In this document: positions 54,496-64,000 of the stretch, one piece after another
How positions within the stretch are numbered: the first letter of the stretch is position 1
How the letters are laid out: each line of letters opens with the position of its first letter
From: Eledone cirrhosa
Lineage: Eukaryota
Reading direction: 5' to 3'
DNA: 64,000 nucleotides
Assembly (NCBI GenBank): GCA_964016885.1
Contig: OZ024742.1
Span: 285,262,001-285,326,000, forward strand
Translations under genes and position numbers: made by a program
The notes under the pieces: model-generated
The model's input: the letters and a program-made list of their open reading frames with translations, nothing else
What the model was told of the DNA's origin: nothing
Database searches by the model: none

Positions 54496-56943
54496 TCATT
54501 TTCTTGTGTTTAACTGGATGAAGTCAGATGCGGTTGACAAGGCTTTACATATCACCATATTGGCAGTGTGATACAAAGTTCTCAAGGCCTCACGTATCAC
54601 CACCGTAGCGGTGTGATACAAAGTTCTCAAGGCCTCACGTATCACCGCTGTGGTGGTGTGATACAAAGTTCTCAAGGCCTCACGAATCACCACCGTGACG
54701 GTGTGATACAAAGTTCTCAAGGCCTCACGTATCACCGCTGTGGTGGTGTGATACAAAGTTCTCAAGGCCTCACGTATCACCGCTGTGGTGGTGTGATACA
54801 AAGTTCTCAAGGCCTCACGTATCACCACCGTAGCGGTGTGACATAAAGTTCTCAAGGCCTCACGTATCACCACCGTGGCAGTGTGACATAAAGTTCTCAA
54901 GGCCTCACGTATCACCACCGTGGCAGTGTGACATAAAGTTCTCAAGGCCTCACGTATCACCACCGTGGCGGTGTCATACAAAGTTCTCAAGGCCTCACGT
55001 ATCACCACCGTGGCGGTGTCATACAAAGTTCTCAAGGCCTCACGTATCACCACCGTGACGGTGTCATACAAAGTTCTCAAGGCCTCACGTATCACCACCG
55101 TGGCGGTGTCATACAAAGTTCTCAAGGCCTCACGTATCACCACCGTGGCGGTGTCATACAAAGTTCTCAAGGCCTCACGTATCACCACCGTGGCAGTGTG
55201 ACATAAAGTTCTCAAGGCCTCACGTATCACCACCGTGGCAGTGTGACATAAAGTTCTCAAGGCCTCACGTATCACCACCGTGGCGGTGTCATACAAAGTT
55301 CTCAAGGCCTCACGTATCACCACCGTGGCAGTGTGACATAAAGTTCTCAAGGCCTCACGTATCACCACCGTGGCGGTGTGATACAAAGTTCTCAAGGCCT
55401 CACGTATCACCACCGTGGCAGTGTGACATAAAGTTCTCAAGGCCTCACGTATCACCACCGTGGCAGTGTGACATAAAGTTCTCAAGGCCTCACGTATCAC
55501 CACCGTGGCGGTGTGATACAAAGTTCTCAAGGCCTCACGTATCACCACCGTGGCAGTGTGACATAAAGTTCTCAAGGCCTCACGTATCACCACCGTGGCA
55601 GTGTGACATAAAGTTCTCAAGGCCTCACGTATCACCACCGTGGCAGTGTGACATAAAGTTCTCAAGGCCTCACGTATCACCACCGTGACGGTGTGATACA
55701 AAGTTCTCAAGGCCTCACGTATCACCACCGTGACGGTGTGATACAAAGTTCTCAAGGCCTCACGTATCACCACCGTGGCAGTGTGATACAAAGTTCTCAA
55801 GGCCTCACGTATCACCACCGTGGCAGTGTGATACAAAGTTCTCAAGGCCTCACGTATCACCACCGTAGCGGTGTGATACAAAGTTCTCAAGGCCTCACGT
55901 ATCACCACCGTGGCAGTGTGATACAAAGTTCTCAAGGCCTCACGTATCACCACCGTAGCGGTGTGATACAAAGTTCTCAAGGCCTCACGTATCACCACCG
56001 TAGCGGTGTGATACAAAGTTCTCAAGGCCTCACGTATCACCACCGTAGCGGTGTGATACAAAGTTCTCAAGGCCTCACGTATCACCACCGTGGCGGTGTG
56101 ATACAAAGTTCTCAAGGCCTCACGTATCACCACCGTGACGGTGTGATACAAAGTTCTCAAGGCCTCACGTATCACCACCGTGGCAGTGTGATACAAAGTT
56201 CTCAAGGCCTCACGTATCACCACCGTAACGGTGTGATACAAAGTTCTCAAGGCCTCACGTATCACCACCGTGACGGTGTGATACAAAGTTCTCAAGGCCT
56301 CACGTATCACCACCGTGGCAGTGTGATACAAAGTTCTCAAGGCCTCACGTATCACCACCGTGGCAGTGTGATACAAAGTTCTCAAGGCCTCACGTATCAC
56401 CACCGTGGCAGTGTGATACAAAGTTCTCAAGGCCTCACGTATCACCACCGTAGCGGTGTGATACAAAGTTCTCAAGGCCTCACGTATCACCACCGTAGCG
56501 GTGTGATACAAAGTTCTCAAGGCCTCACGTATCACCACCGTAGCGGTGTGATACAAAGTTCTCAAGGCCTCACGTATCACCACCGTGGCGGTGTGATACA
56601 AAGTTCTCAAGGCCTCACGTATCACCACCGTGACGGTGTGATACAAAGTTCTCAAGGCCTCACGTATCACCACCGTGGCAGTGTGATACAAAGTTCTCAA
56701 GGCCTCACGTATCACCACCGTAACGGTGTGATACAAAGTTCTCAAGGCCTCACGTATCACCACCGTAGCGGTGTGATACAAAGTTCTCAAGGCCTCACGT
56801 ATCACCACCGTAGCGGTGTGATACAAAGTTCTCAAGGCCTCACGTATCACCACCGTAGCGGTGTGATACAAAGTTCTCAAGGCCTCACGTATCACCACCG
56901 TGGCAGTGTCATACAAAGTTCTCAAGGCCTCACGTATCACCAC
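54496..56943 (-). other. 815-codon open frame of 15-aa repeats (VVIREALRTLYHTAT); coding status unproven
   Basis: Unit length divisible by 3, no stop in this frame; no upstream ATG; the frame breaks at the 44-bp units. Confidence 0.2.
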
Positions 56944-57125
56944 CGTGCGGTGTCATACAAAGTTCTCAAGGCCTCACGTATCACCACCGTGCGGTGTGAT
57001 ACAAAGTTCTCAAGGCCTCATGTATCACCACCGTGGCGGTGTGATACAAAGTTCTCAAGGCCTCATGTATCACCACCGTGGCGGTGTGATACAAAGTTCT
57101 CAAGGCCTCACGTATCACCACCGTG
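54561..57125. repeat. 45-bp minisatellite, ~57 near-identical copies
   Basis: Unit GTGATACAAAGTTCTCAAGGCCTCACGTATCACCACCGTRRCRGT; two 44-bp units near 56946 and 56990. Confidence 0.98.
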
Positions 57126-57363
57126 TGCGTGTGTATGTACTTGCGCGTATGTTTATGAGTGTGCGTGCGTGCAGCGTTCCACAGAAAGTAAAAACTATCA
57201 ACATGTGTGAGTGTGTGCGTAAGTTTGCGTGTATGTGTGTACGTGCGGCATCCCACAATCGCCACGCAATTTATCTGTCTGTCAGTCTAACATACACAGA
57301 GTTGTGAAGGGAGTAAATAGGGACCTTTTTTTTTACATTGACGGACATCTTTTATATTAATTA

Positions 57364-57723
57364 TCTATATCTATATCTACATATAATATAAAAGATTGGA
57401 ACTTCCATCATCCTTTTGAGAAACGTGGAACAACCACGTCTATGCAATGATACACGTTTTACAGTCAGGCAGAAGATGAACCATCTCCTAGAGGTCACTA
57501 TTCTAGGTGGGAGCACCTAGAATTGTTCATATACTATGCACAAACGGTACAACGAAGAATCTGGTATATCTGGAAGATTTTTTTTTACTGTTTTCTGTAT
57601 CACACAGACACCACGGACTCGCCTCATACTGTAACCAGCCAAACATCCAATACAGTCATTTTCTCTTTTACCTGTCTGTTCTTATCATCTGTTTACCCGG
57701 GCGAAGCTGGGTACGTCATCTAG
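57364..57723 (+). mobile_element. Short non-autonomous Helitron-like element (~350 bp)
   Basis: 5' A|TCTATATC...ATATAAAA start; 3' hairpin ACCCGG-GCGAAG-CTGGGT followed 7 nt later by CTAG|T; A/T insertion site, no TSD. Confidence 0.7.
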
Positions 57724-57796
57724 TATATATATATAATGTATTCTTTATCATTAACATCAATCTAAAAAATAATAATCATAATATGATTATTTAAAA

Positions 57797-58053
57797 TTTT
57801 TTTGCTCGAATTTTTGTAGAGAAGAATCACAAATTTCGTATAGCTTAGGGCCACAGCAGGTGAAAGTCCGGCCCTGTGGAGGGGGTCAGGGGGCTTTCAT
57901 CGAAGTGATGACGGATTGGGAGTTGCTAGAGCGTCAGATTAGTTGACCAATTGTGTGTGTGTGTGTGTGAGTGGTTCCGTTGATAGAACAGCTGGATGTA
58001 GCAATACATGCTGTCCGACGCTCTGTGGATACTACCACCCCACCGACCTCCTA
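57797..58053 (+). repeat. ~255-bp segment, copy 1 of an inverted duplication
   Basis: Reverse complement of 59583-59837; no substitutions seen by eye. Confidence 0.95.
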
Positions 58054-58074
58054 GGGATTTAATATAACGTTTTC

Positions 58075-58535
58075 TCTATTAAACTGGTGTTTAGAACACA
58101 ACTTGAAAGTTCTTTAAAGGTTTTAGACAAATATAAACACTTTAAAACAAACAATGTTATATAATAGAGCCAGGGTTGTTTGGAACATAACTTAACAAAG
58201 GTTCTTACATAAAATTGTAATTAATGGGTTAGATAAATATGAACCCTTAAAACTGCTTTATATAATGATTTCTACTATAGGCACAAGACACTGCTTTATA
58301 TAATAGAACCAGGATTGTTTGGAACATAACTTAACAAAGGTTCTTATACAAAATTTTAATGAATGGTTTTAGATAAATATGATCACTTTATTTCAAACTG
58401 CTTTATACCATAAAACCAGGTCTGATTTGGGACATAACTTAACAAAGGTTCTTACATAAAATTTTAATGAATGGTTTTAGATAAATAAGAACACTTTAAA
58501 CCAAACTGCTTTATATCATAAAACCAAGGCTGGTT
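58075..58535. repeat. Diverged AT-rich tandem repeat, ~105-135-bp period, about 4 copies
   Basis: ACATAACTTAACAAAGGTTCTTA...TTAGATAAATA recurs at ~58184, ~58324, ~58432, with a degenerate copy at ~58097. Confidence 0.85.
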
Positions 58536-58990
58536 TTATGCTGGTTATTATAAGGGTTAATACAGCAATCTAAGTCAAGTGTTTTCCACGTGAAAATTGC
58601 AATAACTGCTTCTCGTATTTGCCGTAATGCATTGAAAGAAAAAACACAAAATATTTTCAAGTGATGCTCAAACTATAACTAGAAAACAGCACACAAATTA
58701 ACAAAAACAAAATATAAACTAATGAACAAAAAAAGATAAAAAAACCACCCACAAGTAAAGAAAAAGAATATATATATTTTTAAAATTTGCATTTTAATTC
58801 AGAGTGGAAAGGCAATTTTCAAGGATTTTGAGAAGCTTTTCTCCGGCATGTGAGATTGAAGCAGGTGATATTATGCCTGGATATTTTGAAGGTGAAGTGT
58901 TTAAGGATTGAGACGTTGTAGTAGGAGAGAAGAGGAGAGGCAGATGGTGAGCAATTTGTTTATATGAGCAGAAATTATTGAAGTCATGGT

Positions 58991-59026
58991 AGAGAGAGAG
59001 AGAGAAAGAGAGAAAGAGAGAGAGAA

Positions 59027-59090
<64 letters not shown>

Positions 59091-59127
59091 AGAAAGAAAG
59101 AGAGAGAGATTGAGAGATAGATAGAGA
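58991..59127. repeat. (GA)n microsatellite at the 3' end of LINE C
   Basis: Imperfect GA run abutting the LINE terminus. Confidence 0.95.
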
Positions 59128-59346
59128 TATATTTCTTTATTTACCATAAAGGCATAAAAAGAAGGGACAAATACAAAGGGGGAGTTTACATACAATCGAG
59201 TAAAAAGGGTATAAAATGAAAATAATCGAAAACAACCTCAAAAGGGAGGGGACGTGATGGGTGTTGCACACACCCCCGAAAAAGTGTGCAATCCTTTGCC
59301 CGGGGAGCACATGGAGAAGGTGCTCCCCTCTCCTTCACTTCTTTAC

Positions 59347-62300
59347 CTACAGGATGGTATACAGAGAAGGCCCATTTACACGAGCCATTCTCGCCACTAT
59401 CACCCACCTTTCATAAAACTGCCTGTGGCCAAGCACCTCTCTCTCCATTCTTATCCTTCTTCCGAAGTGATATCGGAAGAAGTAGACCAGACTATGGCCA
59501 GAGAGGAAGTTGCCTGACCTCAGACCTTTCAATCGTGTCCACCAAACAACCTCTTTCAACATGGCTATTGCCCTAGATGCAATAGGAGGTCGGTGGGGTG
59601 GTAGTATCCACAGAGCGTCGGACAGCATGTATTGCTACATCCAGCTGTTCTATCAACGGAACCACTCACACACACACACACAATTGGTCAACTAATCTGA
59701 CGCTCTAGCAACTCCCAATCCGTCATCACTTCGATGAAAGCCCCCTGACCCCCTCCACAGGGCCGGACTTTCACCTGCTGTGGCCCTAAGCTATACGAAA
59801 TTTGTGATTCTTCTCTACAAAAATTCGAGCAAAAAAACCGCCTTTGCTTCCTTTGTGAAGAGGGGAGGCGGTTTGATTGTCATCACGGAGTCGGCGGTCA
59901 ATTGAATCGGCGCCACCCGCGACAGCAGTCGTTCGGCGTAGCCCCACAGATCAGCCACGCCCGGACATTGCACCAATGCGTGCGCAACGGTTTCTTCGTG
60001 ACGCACGCATCTAGGGCAAATCTTTTTCGAGGGATCCCTGCCCGGGCGCCCGTGTCTGTAGAGCCTCTCTCGAACGGGTAGAGCCCCCCAGTAGCACTGC
60101 CAGGCTAGTGACTTCTGGAAGTTGTCCATTGGCCCCGGGCCGAAAGTCCTACCGAACAGGCTTGACAGTTCGTCCTCTTCCATGTCCAGCGACTCTCCAA
60201 GGGTGTCATCGCCCCTGCTAGCCACCAGCCCTCTATAGAATGATGAGGTGGATTCTCCACCGATGGCCTGGCCCGCTTGCCAGAGAGCCCTGAGCGCCTG
60301 AGCACACTCAGTGTGCCAGTCTCCCAGTTTTCCGGATCTTTGCTTGACCCAGGACTGCAGCTCGGTGAGCGAGACGAGTCTCGGAAAGGCTCGTTTCACG
60401 AACGGAGCCCACACCGGTTGACCAGTGAGGAATACCTGTAGGTGCCGTAGCCTTAATGCGCGCCTACACATCATCAACCACGGCATCCCCAGCCCTCCTT
60501 TCGAAGGTTGTTGGCAGCAGATGGATCTTCTCACCATAGGAGGGCGCTTCTTCCAAAGAAATTGGAAGAGCATGCGTTCCATGGTGGTGAGTGTTTCCTT
60601 AGGGCAAGGCACGACAGTCAGGCGGTAGTAAGTAACGGACGCTATGTAAATGTTCGCCACCTCCGCCCGGCCTTTTAGGGACAGCTTACACTTGGTCCAT
60701 TTCTGGGTTAGTGCAAACACCTTGTTGGTAACCTCGTCCCAGTTCTTTTCCACCTGGAGGTCCGGTCCAAACCAGACCCCAAGCAACTTTACCGGGCCCT
60801 CCGTCCAGTGTCCGACGACACCGTCGGGAGGCATCAGTCTGCCTCTCCACGTTCCGAGTTGCAGCCCGATGGATTTTTCCCGGTTCAGTTTCGCTCCTGA
60901 CAACCTTTCGTAATCCTCCAGTAAGGTACCGATCGCCTCGATTTCCGAGTCGGTCGATACCATTACTGTTACGTCATCGGCGTAGGCCGACACCGCTTTG
61001 CTCAATCCTGGTTCCAGGGGGATACCCTGCAACAACTCTAACTTCCTCAGTAAAGGCTCGAGAGTCAATACGTACAGAAGGGAGGAGAGAGGGCACCCCC
61101 TGTCGAATGGATCGTGTGATTTCGAACGGCTTCGAAAGGTAGCCGTTCACCTTGATCCTTGAACAGATGTGGTTGCTATGTAAGGCAGTGATCCAGCCTC
61201 TGAAAACAGGACCGAACCCAGCCGCCGCTAGCACCGCATCCAGGTAACCATGGTCGACCCTATCGAAGGCCTTAGACTGATCCAAGTTGATCAGGGCCCC
61301 ACCGAAGCCGGGTTTGTTGCCAACCCTCTCTATGATGTATAGCATGAGGTGGAGGTTATCGTGAATGGACCTGGATGGGATAGCACATGTCTGCGCATCT
61401 CCCACCAGGCTACCCACGACAAGCGCCAACCTCTTTGCTAACACCTTGGCCAAAATCTTTAACTCTGTGTTTAGCAGGGTTATGGGCCGAAAATTATTTA
61501 TACTATCCCCCTTGTTCTCGCCCTTCCTCACCAGCGAGACTACGCCCTTGGCTACAGAACAAGGAATTCTCCCGTTCTGCTGCCAATTGCAGTAGACCGC
61601 TTCGAGGAGTTCGGAGAAGAAGACCGGCATTGCTAAATAAAGTTCGTAAGGTATACCATCGAGACCTAGAGATTTGCGTCTGCTGCATTGGCTCAGCGCA
61701 TCTCCGATCTCATCAGCCGAGATTGGTCCCTCGCAGGACTCTGCCTCTTCGCTCGAGAGACGCGGCAGGCCGTCGAGGTATGGACCGAAATCCAACGTCC
61801 CCGCCCGGACCTTCGCCTCCCCCGAATAATCGGGCAAAGTGCCTTTGAAAGGCCTCGCACATCTGCTTAGGCTCCCGGATCACCCGTCCATCCTCGTCTT
61901 GCAACGACCGGATGGTGGATATATTTCCACTCTTAGCTTCTGTCACGCGGGCTCAGCCAACGGCTTTGGCCCCCTCATTACCTAGAGCACGTATTTTACT
62001 TCGAATGACGCAGCCTTCGTGCTTTGCATCGAAAAACTGGTTCAAGGCCGTCCTCGATGCCAGCACTCTGGCCACATCTTCGCTCTTGATTGCCTCTTCT
62101 AATTTACCTGTTAATTCTTTCTCGTTTTTATTCCTATCGGCAGCTAACATCTTGCTATAACTTATTGATTCTGTTCTAATCTCTCTTTTGAGAGATGCCC
62201 ACCATCGGTTGTTGACGATTGCACCCGTCAACCTCTCCTTAACTAATCTGCTAATCCGGTTTCTGTAAGTTTCTTTTGCCGGTAAAGACAAATTAAGTTT

Positions 62301-63041
62301 CCAGTAACCGGGACCCTGTTTATGTGTTTTCTCGAGATTGACTACGCAGGTCACTAATTTGTGATCCGTATAGCCAACCGTGCGCATTTCTGGACAGCTT
62401 AATATGTCCCTATCCTTACTTCTAACTAAGAATCTATCTAAGTACGATCTAGATTGACCACTGTGGTTTCTCCAAGTCCAGGTAGGCACAGTTGGAAAAT
62501 CTAGTCGATATCTATCGACCAAGTTAAAACGGTCGAGTAACCCCTTGAGGCTGTTACACCCCCCTCTATTAGGACATGCTCCTGCATAGTCCCAACGTGC
62601 ATCTAGGATGTCATTCCAATCCCCCGCTAGAAGCAGGGAACGCGACGTCCCCAGAAAAGTCTCCAAACGCTGGAAGAAGTCGGGCCGTTCAGCTCCGAAA
62701 GGGGAGTAGCAAGCGACCAGTCTCAAGGTCGCACCTTCACTACTGCCAACGTCTAGCACCAACAAACGACCCTCCGGGTCCGAGTGAACAACCTGTACGG
62801 CAAGACCCAGGTGTTTTTGCAGCAGTACGACAACCCCACCCCCACCTCCAGGTTGACAGAGAGATGCATGCACCTCAAAGTCATCGAAGGTAGGGGTCAG
62901 CTGCCGCACGATGCTGATCCGAGTCTCACAGATAACCATTACATTTATACCACATGACCTGAGGTCATTTAGAAGCTTTGCTTGCTTCCAAGTTGAGCCC
63001 AGGCCACGTGCATTCAAACATCCTACTCTTAACACATCCAT
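59347..63041 (-). pseudogene. ORF2 (APE-RT-zinc finger) of LINE C, disrupted
   Basis: LNARGL, GDWN, TDHK, FRPITLLN, DQSKAFDRVDH, YADD, CPRC..H..C spread over ORFs 61953-63041, 61713-61946, 60974-61837, 59815-61068, 59347-59628; frameshifts near 61950, 61815, 61080 and an insertion at ~59572-59830. Confidence 0.93.
59583..59837 (-). repeat. Copy 2 of the inverted duplication, inserted in LINE C ORF2
   Basis: Separates KEAKAVFL from AIAMLKEVVWWTRL, which are contiguous in LINE A (GQAVFICLVAMAKEIVWWTRL). Confidence 0.93.
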
Positions 63042-63074
63042 GTGGGCGGCAGAGCCAAAGGAGAGTGTAGAGAC

Positions 63075-64000
63075 CTACCTTTCTGCTTCCCGGGGTTCGG
63101 GTCGCACGACTTCCATGGGGTCCGGGGTGTTGGGTGAAGGGGTGTCTTGTGGTGGTGTGGGGTCGTCAGTGTGTGGTGGGGTTGGGGTGTTTGGAGTTGT
63201 GTTGGGGAGGGGAAGGGGAGGGGGAAAGCTTTTTAGTAGGACGCGGTTTATGGGTTTGACAGAGGGTGGTCCTACGTCCTCCTTAAAATCCTTTTTTAGA
63301 TTTTGGTAGAGGTTCATTGGGATCTTTATTAATTTTAAATGTGGGTAGTTTTCTGAAGAAACAAAGTTTACACCTTCGGTTTGTACCGAAGGATTATTGT
63401 TTATGAGTTCATTTAATTTATTATTGTTTCTGTTGATGTAAGTATAGTGTAATGTCTTTTTTTCGGATGGTGTGAGTGTTTCGAAGAGGGGAGGGGCAGG
63501 TTTTGTTTTGTTTGTTGCTGGAGGGGTGTTTTGTGTTTTGTTGGATTGTGTTGACATTTGGGTGGGAGTTGTTTGGCCTTGTGTGTTTTGCACATGTTTT
63601 CTTTTTTTCCTTTTAATCTGTCTGAAGGACTCCGTTTCTTCCTCCGAATTCGTTGGGTTATCTTCAGTGTTGGAGGGAAGAGGTATGTTTGCTGGTAATG
63701 TTTCCGTGTTGGTTTTCTTTGTGGGGGAGATGGATGTCACTATGTTAGACTGTGTTGTGTGTTGTGGCTGCGGTGGTTGTGTTGTTTTATTGAGTGAGGG
63801 GTTGGGTGGGCCTGTATTTTGTTTTGGGGTAATGTGTTGTGACTGTTTGTGTTGTGGTGATGGTGTAGTTTTACTGAGTGACGGGTTGGGTGGGACTGAG
63901 TTTTGTTGTTTGTTTATCTGTTGTGGTGGTGGTGGTGGAGTTGGTGTTGGTAGCAGGGTTTTCTTTTTGTTGAGTTGGGGACAAGCCGCCTTCAGGTGCC
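63075..64000 (-). CDS. ORF1 C-terminal half of LINE C (partial)
   Basis: The frame begins at the window edge with HLKAACP (end of the CCHC knuckle; cf. HLRAFCP in LINE A), in frame with ORF 63075-63740; Pro/Thr/Gln-rich with a KRKKRK patch. Confidence 0.85.
   Translation of the reverse strand, partial: HLKAACPQLNKKKTLLPTPTPPPPPQQINKQQNSVPPNPSLSKTTPSPQHKQSQHITPKQNTGPPNPSLNKTTQPPQPQHTTQSNIVTSISPTKKTNTETLPANIPLPSNTEDNPTNSEEETESFRQIKRKKRKHVQNTQGQTTPTQMSTQSNKTQNTPPATNKTKPAPPLFETLTPSEKKTLHYTYINRNNNKLNELINNNPSVQTEGVNFVSSENYPHLKLIKIPMNLYQNLKKDFKEDVGPPSVKPINRVLLKSFPPPLPLPNTTPNTPTPPHTDDPTPPQDTPSPNTPDPMEVVRPEPREAER

Larger units (their letters stand above)
59128..64000 (-). mobile_element. Diverged Tx1/L1-clade LINE (LINE C), decayed, 5' part outside the window
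   Basis: ORF1 3' half, 33-nt spacer, frameshifted ORF2, 3'UTR with AATAAA at 59141-59136, then (TC)n. Confidence 0.93.

Noticed and set aside
54561-57125. CRISPR array, or lambda-operator-like TATCACC...GGTG.TGATA sites
   Set aside because: No spacers between units; the operator resemblance is a short dyad with wrong spacing and no phage context.
55693-57210. 505-aa plus-strand repeat ORF (VIQSSQGLTYHHRGS)
   Set aside because: The same frame is stopped by TGA in GACATA-type units; a by-product of the 45-bp period.
57797-59837. DNA transposon with 255-bp terminal inverted repeats
   Set aside because: The interior contains the 3' end of LINE C, collinear with LINE sequence outside the right repeat; no transposase or TSD.

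Overview
Eukaryotic, repeat-dominated window with no recognisable host gene; the repeat types suggest an invertebrate, plausibly a cephalopod (inference only). Bases 1-41,450 are a GT-rich satellite: a conserved ~65-bp core plus a variable (GT)n tract, ~95 bp per unit, roughly 430 copies, arranged in multi-kb higher-order duplications. The hundreds of ORFs called there are artefacts. The remainder holds three minus-strand Tx1/L1-clade non-LTR retrotransposons: a full-length copy with an intact 1139-aa APE-RT-zinc-finger ORF2 flanked by (ATT)n on both sides, a 5'-truncated relative directly upstream, and a diverged, decayed copy ending in (TC)n. Also present are RTE and SINE relics, a short Helitron-like element, perfect palindromes, hammerhead-ribozyme-like relics, a 45-bp minisatellite with an 815-codon open frame, and an apparently exact ~255-bp inverted duplication that interrupts the third LINE. 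All comparisons were made by eye; repeat boundaries are approximate.
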